From Escherichia coli (GTDB lineage Bacteria; Pseudomonadota; Gammaproteobacteria; Enterobacterales; Enterobacteriaceae): a stretch of 64,000 bases of DNA. A model generated the notes under the pieces. The model was not told where the DNA came from. It worked only from the letters and a program-made list of their open reading frames with translations, and searched no databases. Shown one piece after another: positions 54,966-63,194 of the stretch (the stretch's first letter is position 1; every line of letters begins with the position of its first letter). The DNA lies in assembly GCF_003790525.1 (NCBI RefSeq), contig NZ_CP033635.1; one strand, 5' to 3'. The translations under genes and the position numbers were made by a program.

Positions 54966-55199
54966 ATGAAAAAACAAAAGAAAATGCGATACGTATTACG
55001 CTGTATTCGTATCCCGCACGAAATCGACCATAAAATAAATCAGATATGTAAGGACAGAGAGATGAACTACTCCCAGTGCGTCAGAATGTTTATCTGTCAG
55101 GGAATTAAGGCCGGGGAAACGCAGGAAGAAGACCGCAACGGGCGCAATGTAGCGGGAGATGTGTGGGCCTGGGCAAATGACCAGAACTACACGACGTAA
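54966..55199 (+). CDS. Small putative ribbon-helix-helix-type DNA-binding protein, 77 aa
   Basis: Start at MKKQKKMRYVLRCIRIP with an upstream AGGGAGG ribosome-binding site; beta-strand then helices typical of RHH regulators; surrounded by GCGTAATAC repeats. Confidence 0.4.
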   Translation: MKKQKKMRYVLRCIRIPHEIDHKINQICKDREMNYSQCVRMFICQGIKAGETQEEDRNGRNVAGDVWAWANDQNYTT

Positions 55200-55249
55200 T
55201 ACAGAAATAACGTAGCCGGTTACACTCGCTGGCTGCGTTATACAAATCA

Positions 55250-55432
55250 CTATGAAGTTTTCAACTTCCTGCGCTTAGTGATGCGTACAAACGACTCAAG
55301 CGTACAAAAACAAGCCCCACACTCAATATTACTGCACTGGTAATACGTTTTGTAGATGTTTTGTTCGTGCTCTTCCAACGAACGACTACGGGTTCGGGCT
55401 GAAGCGCCACAGGCCGGGCAAGGGAAAGACAT
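55250..55432 (-). CDS. Ogr/Delta-family zinc-finger late-gene activator, 60 aa
   Basis: CPACGASARTRSRS...YQCSNIECGACFCTLES matches the P2 Ogr / P4 Delta C-X2-C-X22-C-X4-C signature. Confidence 0.7.
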   Translation of the reverse strand: MSFPCPACGASARTRSRSLEEHEQNIYKTYYQCSNIECGACFCTLESFVRITKRRKLKTS

Positions 55433-56046
55433 ATCACGCTCCTCTTACTGGTGTGAAATTTGACCTATTATATCTCCTGCCGCCCCCTCTGGCTGTATCA
55501 AATAAACCCGCAGCAGTCGCCGCGTATTACGGACGGACGCACCGTTCCCATGCTCACTCGTCACATTCCCCGTATCAGTTCTCTCTTACCGTAAGAACGG
55601 CTCTGGCTGGCGATAAAACTAACCCGGTCGGGCATTCCCGCAGTCTTTAGAGAAAATGTAATTTACCCCCTGAAACGTGGGCTGTTCCCCCGTCACCTGC
55701 GCGCGAAAAACTCACCGTTTTTTGTGCACGCACGAAATCGCCCTCCGGGTGCGCCAGTACTGGGCCGGATGGGCAAAAAGTTACTCTAAAAAATTGTGCA
55801 AATTTGTGCACTTTTGTGCAGATGAACAATAGCGTGAAAAAGAGTGCTTTTGAGAGATTTTTTATGGCAACTGCGCCGCGTGTATTACGTTTTTTACCAT
55901 CCCCGCCGCGCATGTACATACTTCATTTTTCTGCCAGACAACAGGGCAACTCCCCGTGACTGACAGCCCCAAAAAATCAATGATTGATGTTGCATTTTTG
56001 TTAAAGGTTAGACCAGTTGTTTTAGGGCTCTGCCTCATAATCCGGT

Positions 56047-56360
56047 GGGGGGTGCGCAAAGCGGTTACAACGGTTACAACACTCAAAAACACCACTTAAC
56101 AGCATGATTTTAATGGATATTGTTTGTAACCGCTTTGCGGTTACACTGCGGTTACAACGGTTACAGGTTTCAAAAAGCACTTTATTATCAATCAATTAAA
56201 AACTTAACCTGTAACCGCCTGTAACCTAACAAAACGGTTACATGTAACCGCGTTGTAACCGCTTTTATAACTCATCGGACCAGTTATAATATATTGATAT
56301 ATAATACAAAAATAAGTAATTTTAAATTTGTAACCGTTGTAACCGCTTTGCGCACCCCCC
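56047..56360. repeat. Heptamer-repeat cluster (GGTTACA / TGTAACC) bounded by 33-bp perfect inverted repeats, candidate replication origin
   Basis: 56047..56079 ggggggtgcgcaaagcggttacaacggttacaa is the exact reverse complement of 56328..56360; about 14 heptamer copies in both orientations lie between. Confidence 0.6.
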
Positions 56361-56611
56361 CCCAAACTTTAGCGCGACCCTTTAAAATGTTAATTAAACT
56401 CACTTACTCTGTATCTCTCTCGTTAACTCTCTGTTATTGAAATGTATCTCTCCACTGTTTCACTCTTTCTGATAATCAGGGGAAGCAAAAAATTGATGGC
56501 GGCACTACTGCAATATGGCCACCATTGCATTGCTGTTACCGTTGGTTCTGGCCAACAAAAAAGGTCAGCGGGAAACTGACCTCTTTTGCTGTGAATGCGG
56601 CGTTCTGCGGG

Positions 56612-57616
56612 TTACTCTGCTGGCTCTTTTTCTTCGGTGATCACTATGTTGGCTACCGGGTTAAATCTCATGGCATCTGCCAGATAATCCGGTGCAAAAT
56701 GTGCGTATGCCATAGTCTGCTGAATTGTCGCATGCCCAAGGATTTTTTGTAGCGCAAGAATGTTGCCACCGTTCATCACAAAGTGACTGGCGAATGTATG
56801 CCGCAATACATGCGCAGCCTGCCCCCTCGGTAAATCGGGTTTTATTTTTTTTAATGCCCGGCAAAACTCTCTGTACTTCACATCAAACAGTCGCCCGGTT
56901 TCTTTTGTTTTTACGGCATCGCATATTTCCTGCGACACAGGCACCGTTCTTTTTCTACCGTTTTTGGTTTCCAGAAACGTTATTCTGTTATGAACTATTT
57001 GCTCTCCATGCAATCTGCTGGCCTCACTCCAGCGGGCTCCGGTACAAAGACACAAGAGCGCAACCCTTCGTTGATCTCCATTCAGCCCGTCAAGCAACAA
57101 TGTGACCTCGTTTTTTGATAAAAAGGCCATTTCCCGCTGCTTTACATAAAGAACAGGAATACCACGAACCGGATGCTCTGCATCCCACAAACCGATCTTT
57201 TTCAGGGCTGTAAACATCCCCGATAATCTGTTCATGTATCTGTTTGCTGAGGACGGCTTTAATCCTTCCGCAATTTTCTGCGATCGCCATGCAATGATTT
57301 TTAATTTGTTGAGTTCTGCCGCAAACATGTCAGCTCCAAGCTCATTAATAATTTTGCCAAGTTGCTGTTTATCCGTGTTTGCCTTTCGCCTGTGCTGACC
57401 GTGATAGACCCACCACAATTCCAGTAAATCGCTAAGCGTTCTCCGGTCGCGATAGCCCTGTATAAACTCGCGCTTTTCGGCGTTCGCTATGATGTACCGT
57501 TCAGTTGCTGTAGCTATCGATTTTTTGTCAAATATTCTTCTGATGCGCTTCCCTTTACGTCCGCATGGCCTGATATCGAGCAGCCACCGCCCATCATGCA
57601 TCTTTCTGATCGGCAT
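56612..57616 (-). CDS. Tyrosine recombinase / phage-type integrase, 334 aa from Met MPIRK
   Basis: Box I TGARWSEASRL and box II HVLRHTFASH...LGH...Y motifs; strong AGGAGG ribosome-binding site 8 bp upstream; start 2 bp after the primase stop. Confidence 0.75.
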   Translation of the reverse strand: MPIRKMHDGRWLLDIRPCGRKGKRIRRIFDKKSIATATERYIIANAEKREFIQGYRDRRTLSDLLELWWVYHGQHRRKANTDKQQLGKIINELGADMFAAELNKLKIIAWRSQKIAEGLKPSSANRYMNRLSGMFTALKKIGLWDAEHPVRGIPVLYVKQREMAFLSKNEVTLLLDGLNGDQRRVALLCLCTGARWSEASRLHGEQIVHNRITFLETKNGRKRTVPVSQEICDAVKTKETGRLFDVKYREFCRALKKIKPDLPRGQAAHVLRHTFASHFVMNGGNILALQKILGHATIQQTMAYAHFAPDYLADAMRFNPVANIVITEEKEPAE

Positions 57617-57618
57617 GT

Positions 57619-60312
57619 TTAACTCCCCTCCTTGTAACTGAATATCCGGCATTTCAGTACTTCCGGCTCTCTGGCCTCGGCGACCCCTCTTCCGGCGTTT
57701 GCCTGTCTGGAGACCTCACTACGAATGGTTTTGCGGCCTGTCAAAGGTCGGGAACGTCCGGCTGCGAGCAACTCAATCATTTCGCGGTCAGTTCGGATCT
57801 CCACGCGGTGAATAGCGGCAGCCTGTGCCAGTTGCGGAATACTGATAGCAATCCCCTCGCGGCATCCCTTGCCGTAGTGGTTTACACCGTATTTTGTTAT
57901 GCCGTCCAGATAGTCGAACGCCTCCCAGAACGCTATTACTTCCGGCAAGTCATCCGTTACCGCTTTAACTTGTTCCGCTGCCATTCGTTCCAGTTCCTGG
58001 CATGTGGCATTAAGCCATTCATCCGGGATATCAATAACGCATTTCAGCGCCCTGACCAGCGCAATAAGTTGCGCGTGATTTTTGGCAATACGGGGATGGA
58101 GAATATTTTCGCAACCGCAAAGGCGGGTCGTTTCAGGCTCTGAGAGCGCCAGAAACATTTCCATAATTGCCCGTTCACGGCTGACTGCCCGATGAATAAA
58201 CCCTGACACCTTCTCAACGGGGTAGAGTTCCAGTCGTCTCGCCGCCAGCCGGGTATCAGACGAGTGGCGCTTTTTATCGGTATATATGCGAATCAGTCGC
58301 TCAATAATTGCAAGTGAGGCGTTTACCCTGGCATTCTGTGCAATCACGATAGCGCCCTTAAAATCCGGGTCATAGGTGTTGTTATTGTTGGTCTTAACGC
58401 CACGAACGCCGATACCGCCGCCGTTATAGAGGCTTTTCAGGTTATCGAAGTCAAACGCACCTCTTTTTTGCGCATTGCCTCCCCTGTCTGCTTCAATCAG
58501 AACAACAGGTAATCCGGCGACCTGTCCAAAGGTGCGCTTCCAGCCCGCCTCTGATCCTTTGGTTGGATCAACGCCTTCATAGTTGTCACGACCGCACAAC
58601 CGCCAGCAAAAATCAATCAATGTTGATTTACCCGTTCCGGGCTCCCCGGTGACTTCAAGGAAGGGGAAGGATTCTTCTTTATCCCGGATTTGTTCGCTGA
58701 ACAGGGAGCCCAACCAGAAAGCCAGGGTAATAATTCCTTTTTCACCAAAAGCCAGCCAGAGATCTTCCACCCAGGACTCTGTAAACTCATCCGGTTTTTT
58801 GTAGTTAATCTGTAATGTGGGTTTTTCGCTTAATGGTTTTGCGTTTATGCCATCAATTTCAAAATAATCTTCGTCATTGATTTCATAAGTTTTTCCCTTG
58901 TAAACAGCAATATCATTAAACAGCCATGCCCCAATCGCCTTGTTGTATCCGATAAAATCCTGACCAATAACCTCTTTTATTGCGGGAAGGTCATTTTTTA
59001 TTAATGCGTCAAGGTGCGCAGTTGTTCCGGTATAAATGCCGCCTTTTGCCACATGCAACAGGCGTTTTTTAAATTCAGATGCGGATGTCAATTGTCCTGA
59101 TGTAAAGGTGTTTTTCACCGTAGCACCATCCGGGAACGTAACACGGAAGTAATACCATGCTTCATCCGTGTCATTATTTCTAATGTAATAAAGCGGCGCT
59201 GGGTTACAGTTTGCGATTTCTTTTACTGCGCCAGATTCCTTAAGTGCAATTTTGCGCGCTTCATCCTCATCAACACTTCTCTCATTCTTGGCACGCTCTA
59301 CAGCTTTCATATAGCGCTCAATGTCCAGTTTGAACCAGAAAACACGGTTATCAAAAGTAAAATGAAATTCCTTCCGCTCACGAAAGGAAAATATTATTAG
59401 CGCCTTATCTCTCGGAGATTTCGCCAGCAATAAATCACCGTAATGACGGTATCTTTTCACATCATGGCCACGCAGCTTTCCGGCGATGTGTAAATCATTC
59501 CAGTCGCGTTTATTGTTGTTTTTACCTGGCAACGCCGCTGCCGTTCTCCAGCCGTCTTCGGCGCTGCGTTCTGCATGTTTTTTCGCGTAACGCTCACCCG
59601 CACGCCCGTTATCCAGCGCCCACACAATAACCGGACGGGGATTATCCCCGCACAGCTTCGCCAGCTCTTCCAGCGCCTTATCAGGGTAGTTCACGGCAGA
59701 CATGACAGAAACGGCCGCAATGCCATTCTGGTTAAGGCTGATGGCATCAAAGATGCCCTCACAAATCCAGATTTCTTTGGCCTTGCTTAAATCTGCTCCC
59801 GGATAAGCCCACCACAACCCCTTGTAGCTGCCGGAAAAATTCGCCTTGCGCGCGAAGCGTCCCGGTCGGTCTATGATGCGCTCCCACCACACGCCGTCAG
59901 CCAGCGTAAAACGCACAGTAGCGGCCTGTTCGCCGTTTTCCTTGTCCTGGTATCGCTCCTGAGTAAATGCGCCCTTCAGTGGCCCCACAGCAATATTGCG
60001 CGCCTCCTGAAGATAAGCTGCCACCGCTGCATATGGCTCGTCTTTCGTGCTGATATAACGATCTGACCATGATGAAAACACATCCGGGTAAAGTTCTTTG
60101 GTCAGCAGGTCTGTACCGCATTTATTTTCGCGCCCACAGTGTACGATGTACGGCCTTTCAAGGCTGGTAAACAACTCTTTCTTTCCACATTGCGGACAAA
60201 CACCATACCGGAGGTAGTTATTTTCTTCTTTGAAGTTGTAATCACGGATAAGACGGTTAATAATCTCTTTTCTGATGTCAGATTTCATATATAAAACTCC
60301 ACCCCACTGCAC
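57619..60312 (-). CDS. Primase-helicase replication protein (P4 alpha-like), 897 aa
   Basis: N-terminal zinc-binding CPQCG...HCG..C, Toprim-like CEGIFDAISL region and Walker A TGEPGTGKST. Confidence 0.75.
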   Translation of the reverse strand: MQWGGVLYMKSDIRKEIINRLIRDYNFKEENNYLRYGVCPQCGKKELFTSLERPYIVHCGRENKCGTDLLTKELYPDVFSSWSDRYISTKDEPYAAVAAYLQEARNIAVGPLKGAFTQERYQDKENGEQAATVRFTLADGVWWERIIDRPGRFARKANFSGSYKGLWWAYPGADLSKAKEIWICEGIFDAISLNQNGIAAVSVMSAVNYPDKALEELAKLCGDNPRPVIVWALDNGRAGERYAKKHAERSAEDGWRTAAALPGKNNNKRDWNDLHIAGKLRGHDVKRYRHYGDLLLAKSPRDKALIIFSFRERKEFHFTFDNRVFWFKLDIERYMKAVERAKNERSVDEDEARKIALKESGAVKEIANCNPAPLYYIRNNDTDEAWYYFRVTFPDGATVKNTFTSGQLTSASEFKKRLLHVAKGGIYTGTTAHLDALIKNDLPAIKEVIGQDFIGYNKAIGAWLFNDIAVYKGKTYEINDEDYFEIDGINAKPLSEKPTLQINYKKPDEFTESWVEDLWLAFGEKGIITLAFWLGSLFSEQIRDKEESFPFLEVTGEPGTGKSTLIDFCWRLCGRDNYEGVDPTKGSEAGWKRTFGQVAGLPVVLIEADRGGNAQKRGAFDFDNLKSLYNGGGIGVRGVKTNNNNTYDPDFKGAIVIAQNARVNASLAIIERLIRIYTDKKRHSSDTRLAARRLELYPVEKVSGFIHRAVSRERAIMEMFLALSEPETTRLCGCENILHPRIAKNHAQLIALVRALKCVIDIPDEWLNATCQELERMAAEQVKAVTDDLPEVIAFWEAFDYLDGITKYGVNHYGKGCREGIAISIPQLAQAAAIHRVEIRTDREMIELLAAGRSRPLTGRKTIRSEVSRQANAGRGVAEAREPEVLKCRIFSYKEGS

Positions 60313-60336
60313 CTTTTGCCGTGGGGTTTTTATTAA

Positions 60337-60636
60337 TTACTCGTTACTTATTGCTTTGGCAATCCCGGCGGTTTCAGCACTATGCCATGAAAAAATTCCG
60401 CCAGAAGTATGCATTCCTGACTTAATCACTCGTAATTCCCGATAAAGAATGTTAGTTAATGATTCCATTTCATTAATTTGCACTGGCATTCTCTCACTGG
60501 TATTAATTTCACCTGTCAATGCTGAAATGAGCGCAATAACATTTATTACATCTTCAAGATTCTCAATGGAATCTTCCGTGAAAAAACCAGCGTATTCTTT
60601 TTTGTATATATTGCGGATATTCTGATTTTCAGACAT
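60337..60636 (-). CDS. Hypothetical protein, 99 aa
   Basis: ORF on the same strand immediately upstream of the primase gene; no motif recognised. Confidence 0.35.
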   Translation of the reverse strand: MSENQNIRNIYKKEYAGFFTEDSIENLEDVINVIALISALTGEINTSERMPVQINEMESLTNILYRELRVIKSGMHTSGGIFSWHSAETAGIAKAISNE

Positions 60637-60703
60637 AAAAACTCCCCGACCCGTTAAGATCGAAATATAAATTTAATTCAGTTATCAGTTGGTAATTCGG
60701 TAA

Positions 60704-60922
60704 TCAGTCGGAAAGCTGCGTCACCTTCAACGCTTTGAAATGTGTCATTCCCAGCTCTTCCAGCCCTTCGGCTGCGCGGCGTATGGCTTCGCCCGGTCCC
60801 GTTCCGTATACCGTTGCATGTGCATGTTTGGTTAACCCACGTTTATTAACGGCATAACCCAACACAAAGAAACGTTTTTCACCACTGCCATTATTTTTAC
60901 GGGATATTGAACGGCTTTTCAT
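60704..60922 (-). CDS. Hypothetical protein, 72 aa
   Basis: Small ORF in the same-strand string upstream of the primase; overlaps the next ORF by 4 bp. Confidence 0.3.
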   Translation of the reverse strand: MKSRSISRKNNGSGEKRFFVLGYAVNKRGLTKHAHATVYGTGPGEAIRRAAEGLEELGMTHFKALKVTQLSD

Positions 60923-61134
60923 TTCTTCACCCTTACCACTGATGCTGTGAGTTCTTCTGGCAATTGATATTTCGGCGCAATTTCTTCCGTATACCTGATA
61001 GCGTCCCTTGCCGCTTTTCCTTTTGATTTATATTTATATGTGGTGCGGTAGTTTTCTTCCTCTCCTGTTACCACATTACGCAATTTTATATGAATCTCGT
61101 ACATCGTTACCCCTCCATGATTTTTACTGCGCAT
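60919..61134 (-). CDS. Hypothetical protein, 71 aa or shorter
   Basis: Small ORF with a 4-bp overlap to the downstream gene, suggesting an operon. Confidence 0.3.
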   Translation of the reverse strand: MRSKNHGGVTMYEIHIKLRNVVTGEEENYRTTYKYKSKGKAARDAIRYTEEIAPKYQLPEELTASVVRVKK

Positions 61135-61281
61135 TTGTGGGTTAATCGCCCCTGTTTGTCATTGCGGGAATATGCCATACGACAGGTATCACGCCATGCA
61201 TCGTCATAAGTCGGATATTCCCGGGAATGAATCATCTGGCGAACGTCGCCGTTCTGGTAGTTAATCAGGGTGATAAGGAGC

Positions 61282-61719
61282 TTAAACATGGCACGCCTCC
61301 CGGACACGGATACGGGCAACAAAGACCAGACGGGATGCCGGAAGCAGGGCGCGCGCTTCGCGCTCACTGGCAGCGGTAACGGTATGAAGGCGGATATTTT
61401 TACCGTGGCACTGCATAAAGCGCCAGATAAAATCAGGGCGTGTTGATATAGCCATTTTGGCGGCTCCTTGATTAAGTTTACGGAGTCTCGCCAGCACGCT
61501 GTCAAACATGGTGGCGGGACGTAACAGGGTTGACAGACTGGCAATCAAGGAACCAGCGAGCGCAAAGGCTCCCCCATTACGCCCCGCCATAATACGGGGT
61601 AGGGTGGAATTACGGGCACAAAAAAACCGCATTACGGAAATATAGCGGCTACCCGCTTGATTGTTCAGGCTGTCAAACCCGGCACCCGCTTTATGAGGTG
61701 CGGGCAAACGATACGCCAT
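61282..61719 (-). CDS. Hypothetical protein, ~145 aa from Met MAYRLPAP
   Basis: ORF in the same-strand array between alpA and the primase gene; start codon uncertain. Confidence 0.3.
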   Translation of the reverse strand: MAYRLPAPHKAGAGFDSLNNQAGSRYISVMRFFCARNSTLPRIMAGRNGGAFALAGSLIASLSTLLRPATMFDSVLARLRKLNQGAAKMAISTRPDFIWRFMQCHGKNIRLHTVTAASEREARALLPASRLVFVARIRVREACHV

Positions 61720-62362
61720 GACAAAAAAGCGAGTCAAGCAATATTGCAAATTATTTTTGCGCAATTGCGCTGAGTGATTGATTTTTAAGAGTAAAAAAGT
61801 CATAATCATTTCTGCCTATTGTTTCTTATTGTTGATTTCAGGTGCACTAAATGCACATCCTTGACTGGTTGGCTCGCTGGCTTTAGCGAGCTTCTTTTTT
61901 GCTCTGCTGCCAATACCCGGCCTCCTTCCCTCACATGTAGTCATGTGCTCATTCCAGTCAGGTGGATAATGCTGTATTACCGGACATCCGGTTATGATGT
62001 TTAAAGCGTTTGTTTGTTTATGCCACGTGGAGAATATACCCCCACCGCCATTACTTGTATTTATCATAACAGTTCACCCAATTCGGTTAATGTAACCGGA
62101 ATAACTCAATTTCATACACTGTAAATAAATGCTGATTTTAAACTTAGCTCCTTGGAATATATTTCTTACGTGTGACGCACAGGTGAAAATATCCCTCTGA
62201 TAGTCCATTTTCTTTTATTTTGTCACATCTGTTTACTCCGGTTCCCTTAACAAGGGTAGAGCATCTTTTAAACCATGAATGCATCTTCGGTTAAGTGATG
62301 TTTCTTATTGTATGAAATATTTAGGCGCATATCGCGCCATGCTGACTATAAAATGAAAATAA

Positions 62363-62584
62363 TTAAGCCTGAAAACGTTGTTGTTTTCTTTCTTCTATCC
62401 AGTCGATAATTTCCTCTTCAACCCATGCAACCGCGCGAGGGCCTATTTTTATTGGTTTGGGGAATATATCAGATTTTATATCTTCGTAAATTCGAGCTCT
62501 TGATCTCCCTGTGATTTCAATGACTCTGGGGAGTCTTATTAATTTTTGAATCCGCCTTTCGCTGGTCTGTGAGTATGCTGACAT
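62363..62584 (-). CDS. alpA: AlpA-family prophage transcriptional regulator, 73 aa
   Basis: IRLPRVIEITGRSRARIYEDIKSDIFPKPIKIGPRAVAWVEEEIIDWI matches the AlpA/MerR-like excisionase-regulator signature. Confidence 0.8.
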   Translation of the reverse strand: MSAYSQTSERRIQKLIRLPRVIEITGRSRARIYEDIKSDIFPKPIKIGPRAVAWVEEEIIDWIEERKQQRFQA

Positions 62585-63194
62585 ATTGGCCTCCTGTATA
62601 TGCTGACATTTTACGTTAGCTCACAGCGGGAGCATGTAAGATCTCGCGGTCGTCTGCGGGACGAGAAAAATCATAAACAACGAAAAGCGGATTTGTAAAT
62701 CAGGTCGATTTTCAGGCGGGGTTGACATGGACAGTGAGATTTGTTCCATGTGTGCAATATACATTTTAGGACCACTTTAAGCCACTTTAAACCGCCAGAA
62801 AGCGACAAAGAATAACAAGTTAGTGCCAGAAAGGTTTGCTGACTTACCCTTTTAGGTACCAGAAAAAGCCCTTTCAGGTCGGTGTAATGCTTGTGAACGC
62901 TGAAATAGTGGTTTCTGAAAACAAAAAAAGAATTGAAAATGTGATAAATATCACAAAATAATATCGATAAAATAGTTTGATTTTTTTGTTTTTATTAAAA
63001 GCACTGGTTAATTGTAAAAAATTAATTATAAATCAAATGGATATATCTGTTTTTTTAGGGTAAAAATCACTAGGTGCTTTTAGCAGTATCTTATTCTATT
63101 GATTTTAAAAGATAAAAAAATCGGCGTGTCCACATATTGTCCACGCCTTGAGTTTAATTCAGCCGCTTGGGATAGTTTAGTTTGTTGAGTTGAT

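Noticed and set aside
55453-56095. ORFs of 65, 90 and 77 aa between the Ogr-like gene and the heptamer-repeat cluster
   Set aside because: They lie across repeat-rich non-coding sequence with no ribosome-binding sites and low-complexity translations; the region is more plausibly regulatory or origin DNA.
56047-56360. Possible CRISPR array suggested by the many short repeats
   Set aside because: Repeat units are only 7 bp, occur in both orientations with irregular spacing, have no spacer-like unique segments of regular length and no cas genes nearby; they fit iterons far better.
61816-62067. ORFs of 83 and 61 aa between alpA and the small-gene array
   Set aside because: They overlap each other on opposite strands in a region containing hairpins (gctcgctggctttagcgagc followed by a T-run); more likely promoter or terminator sequence.
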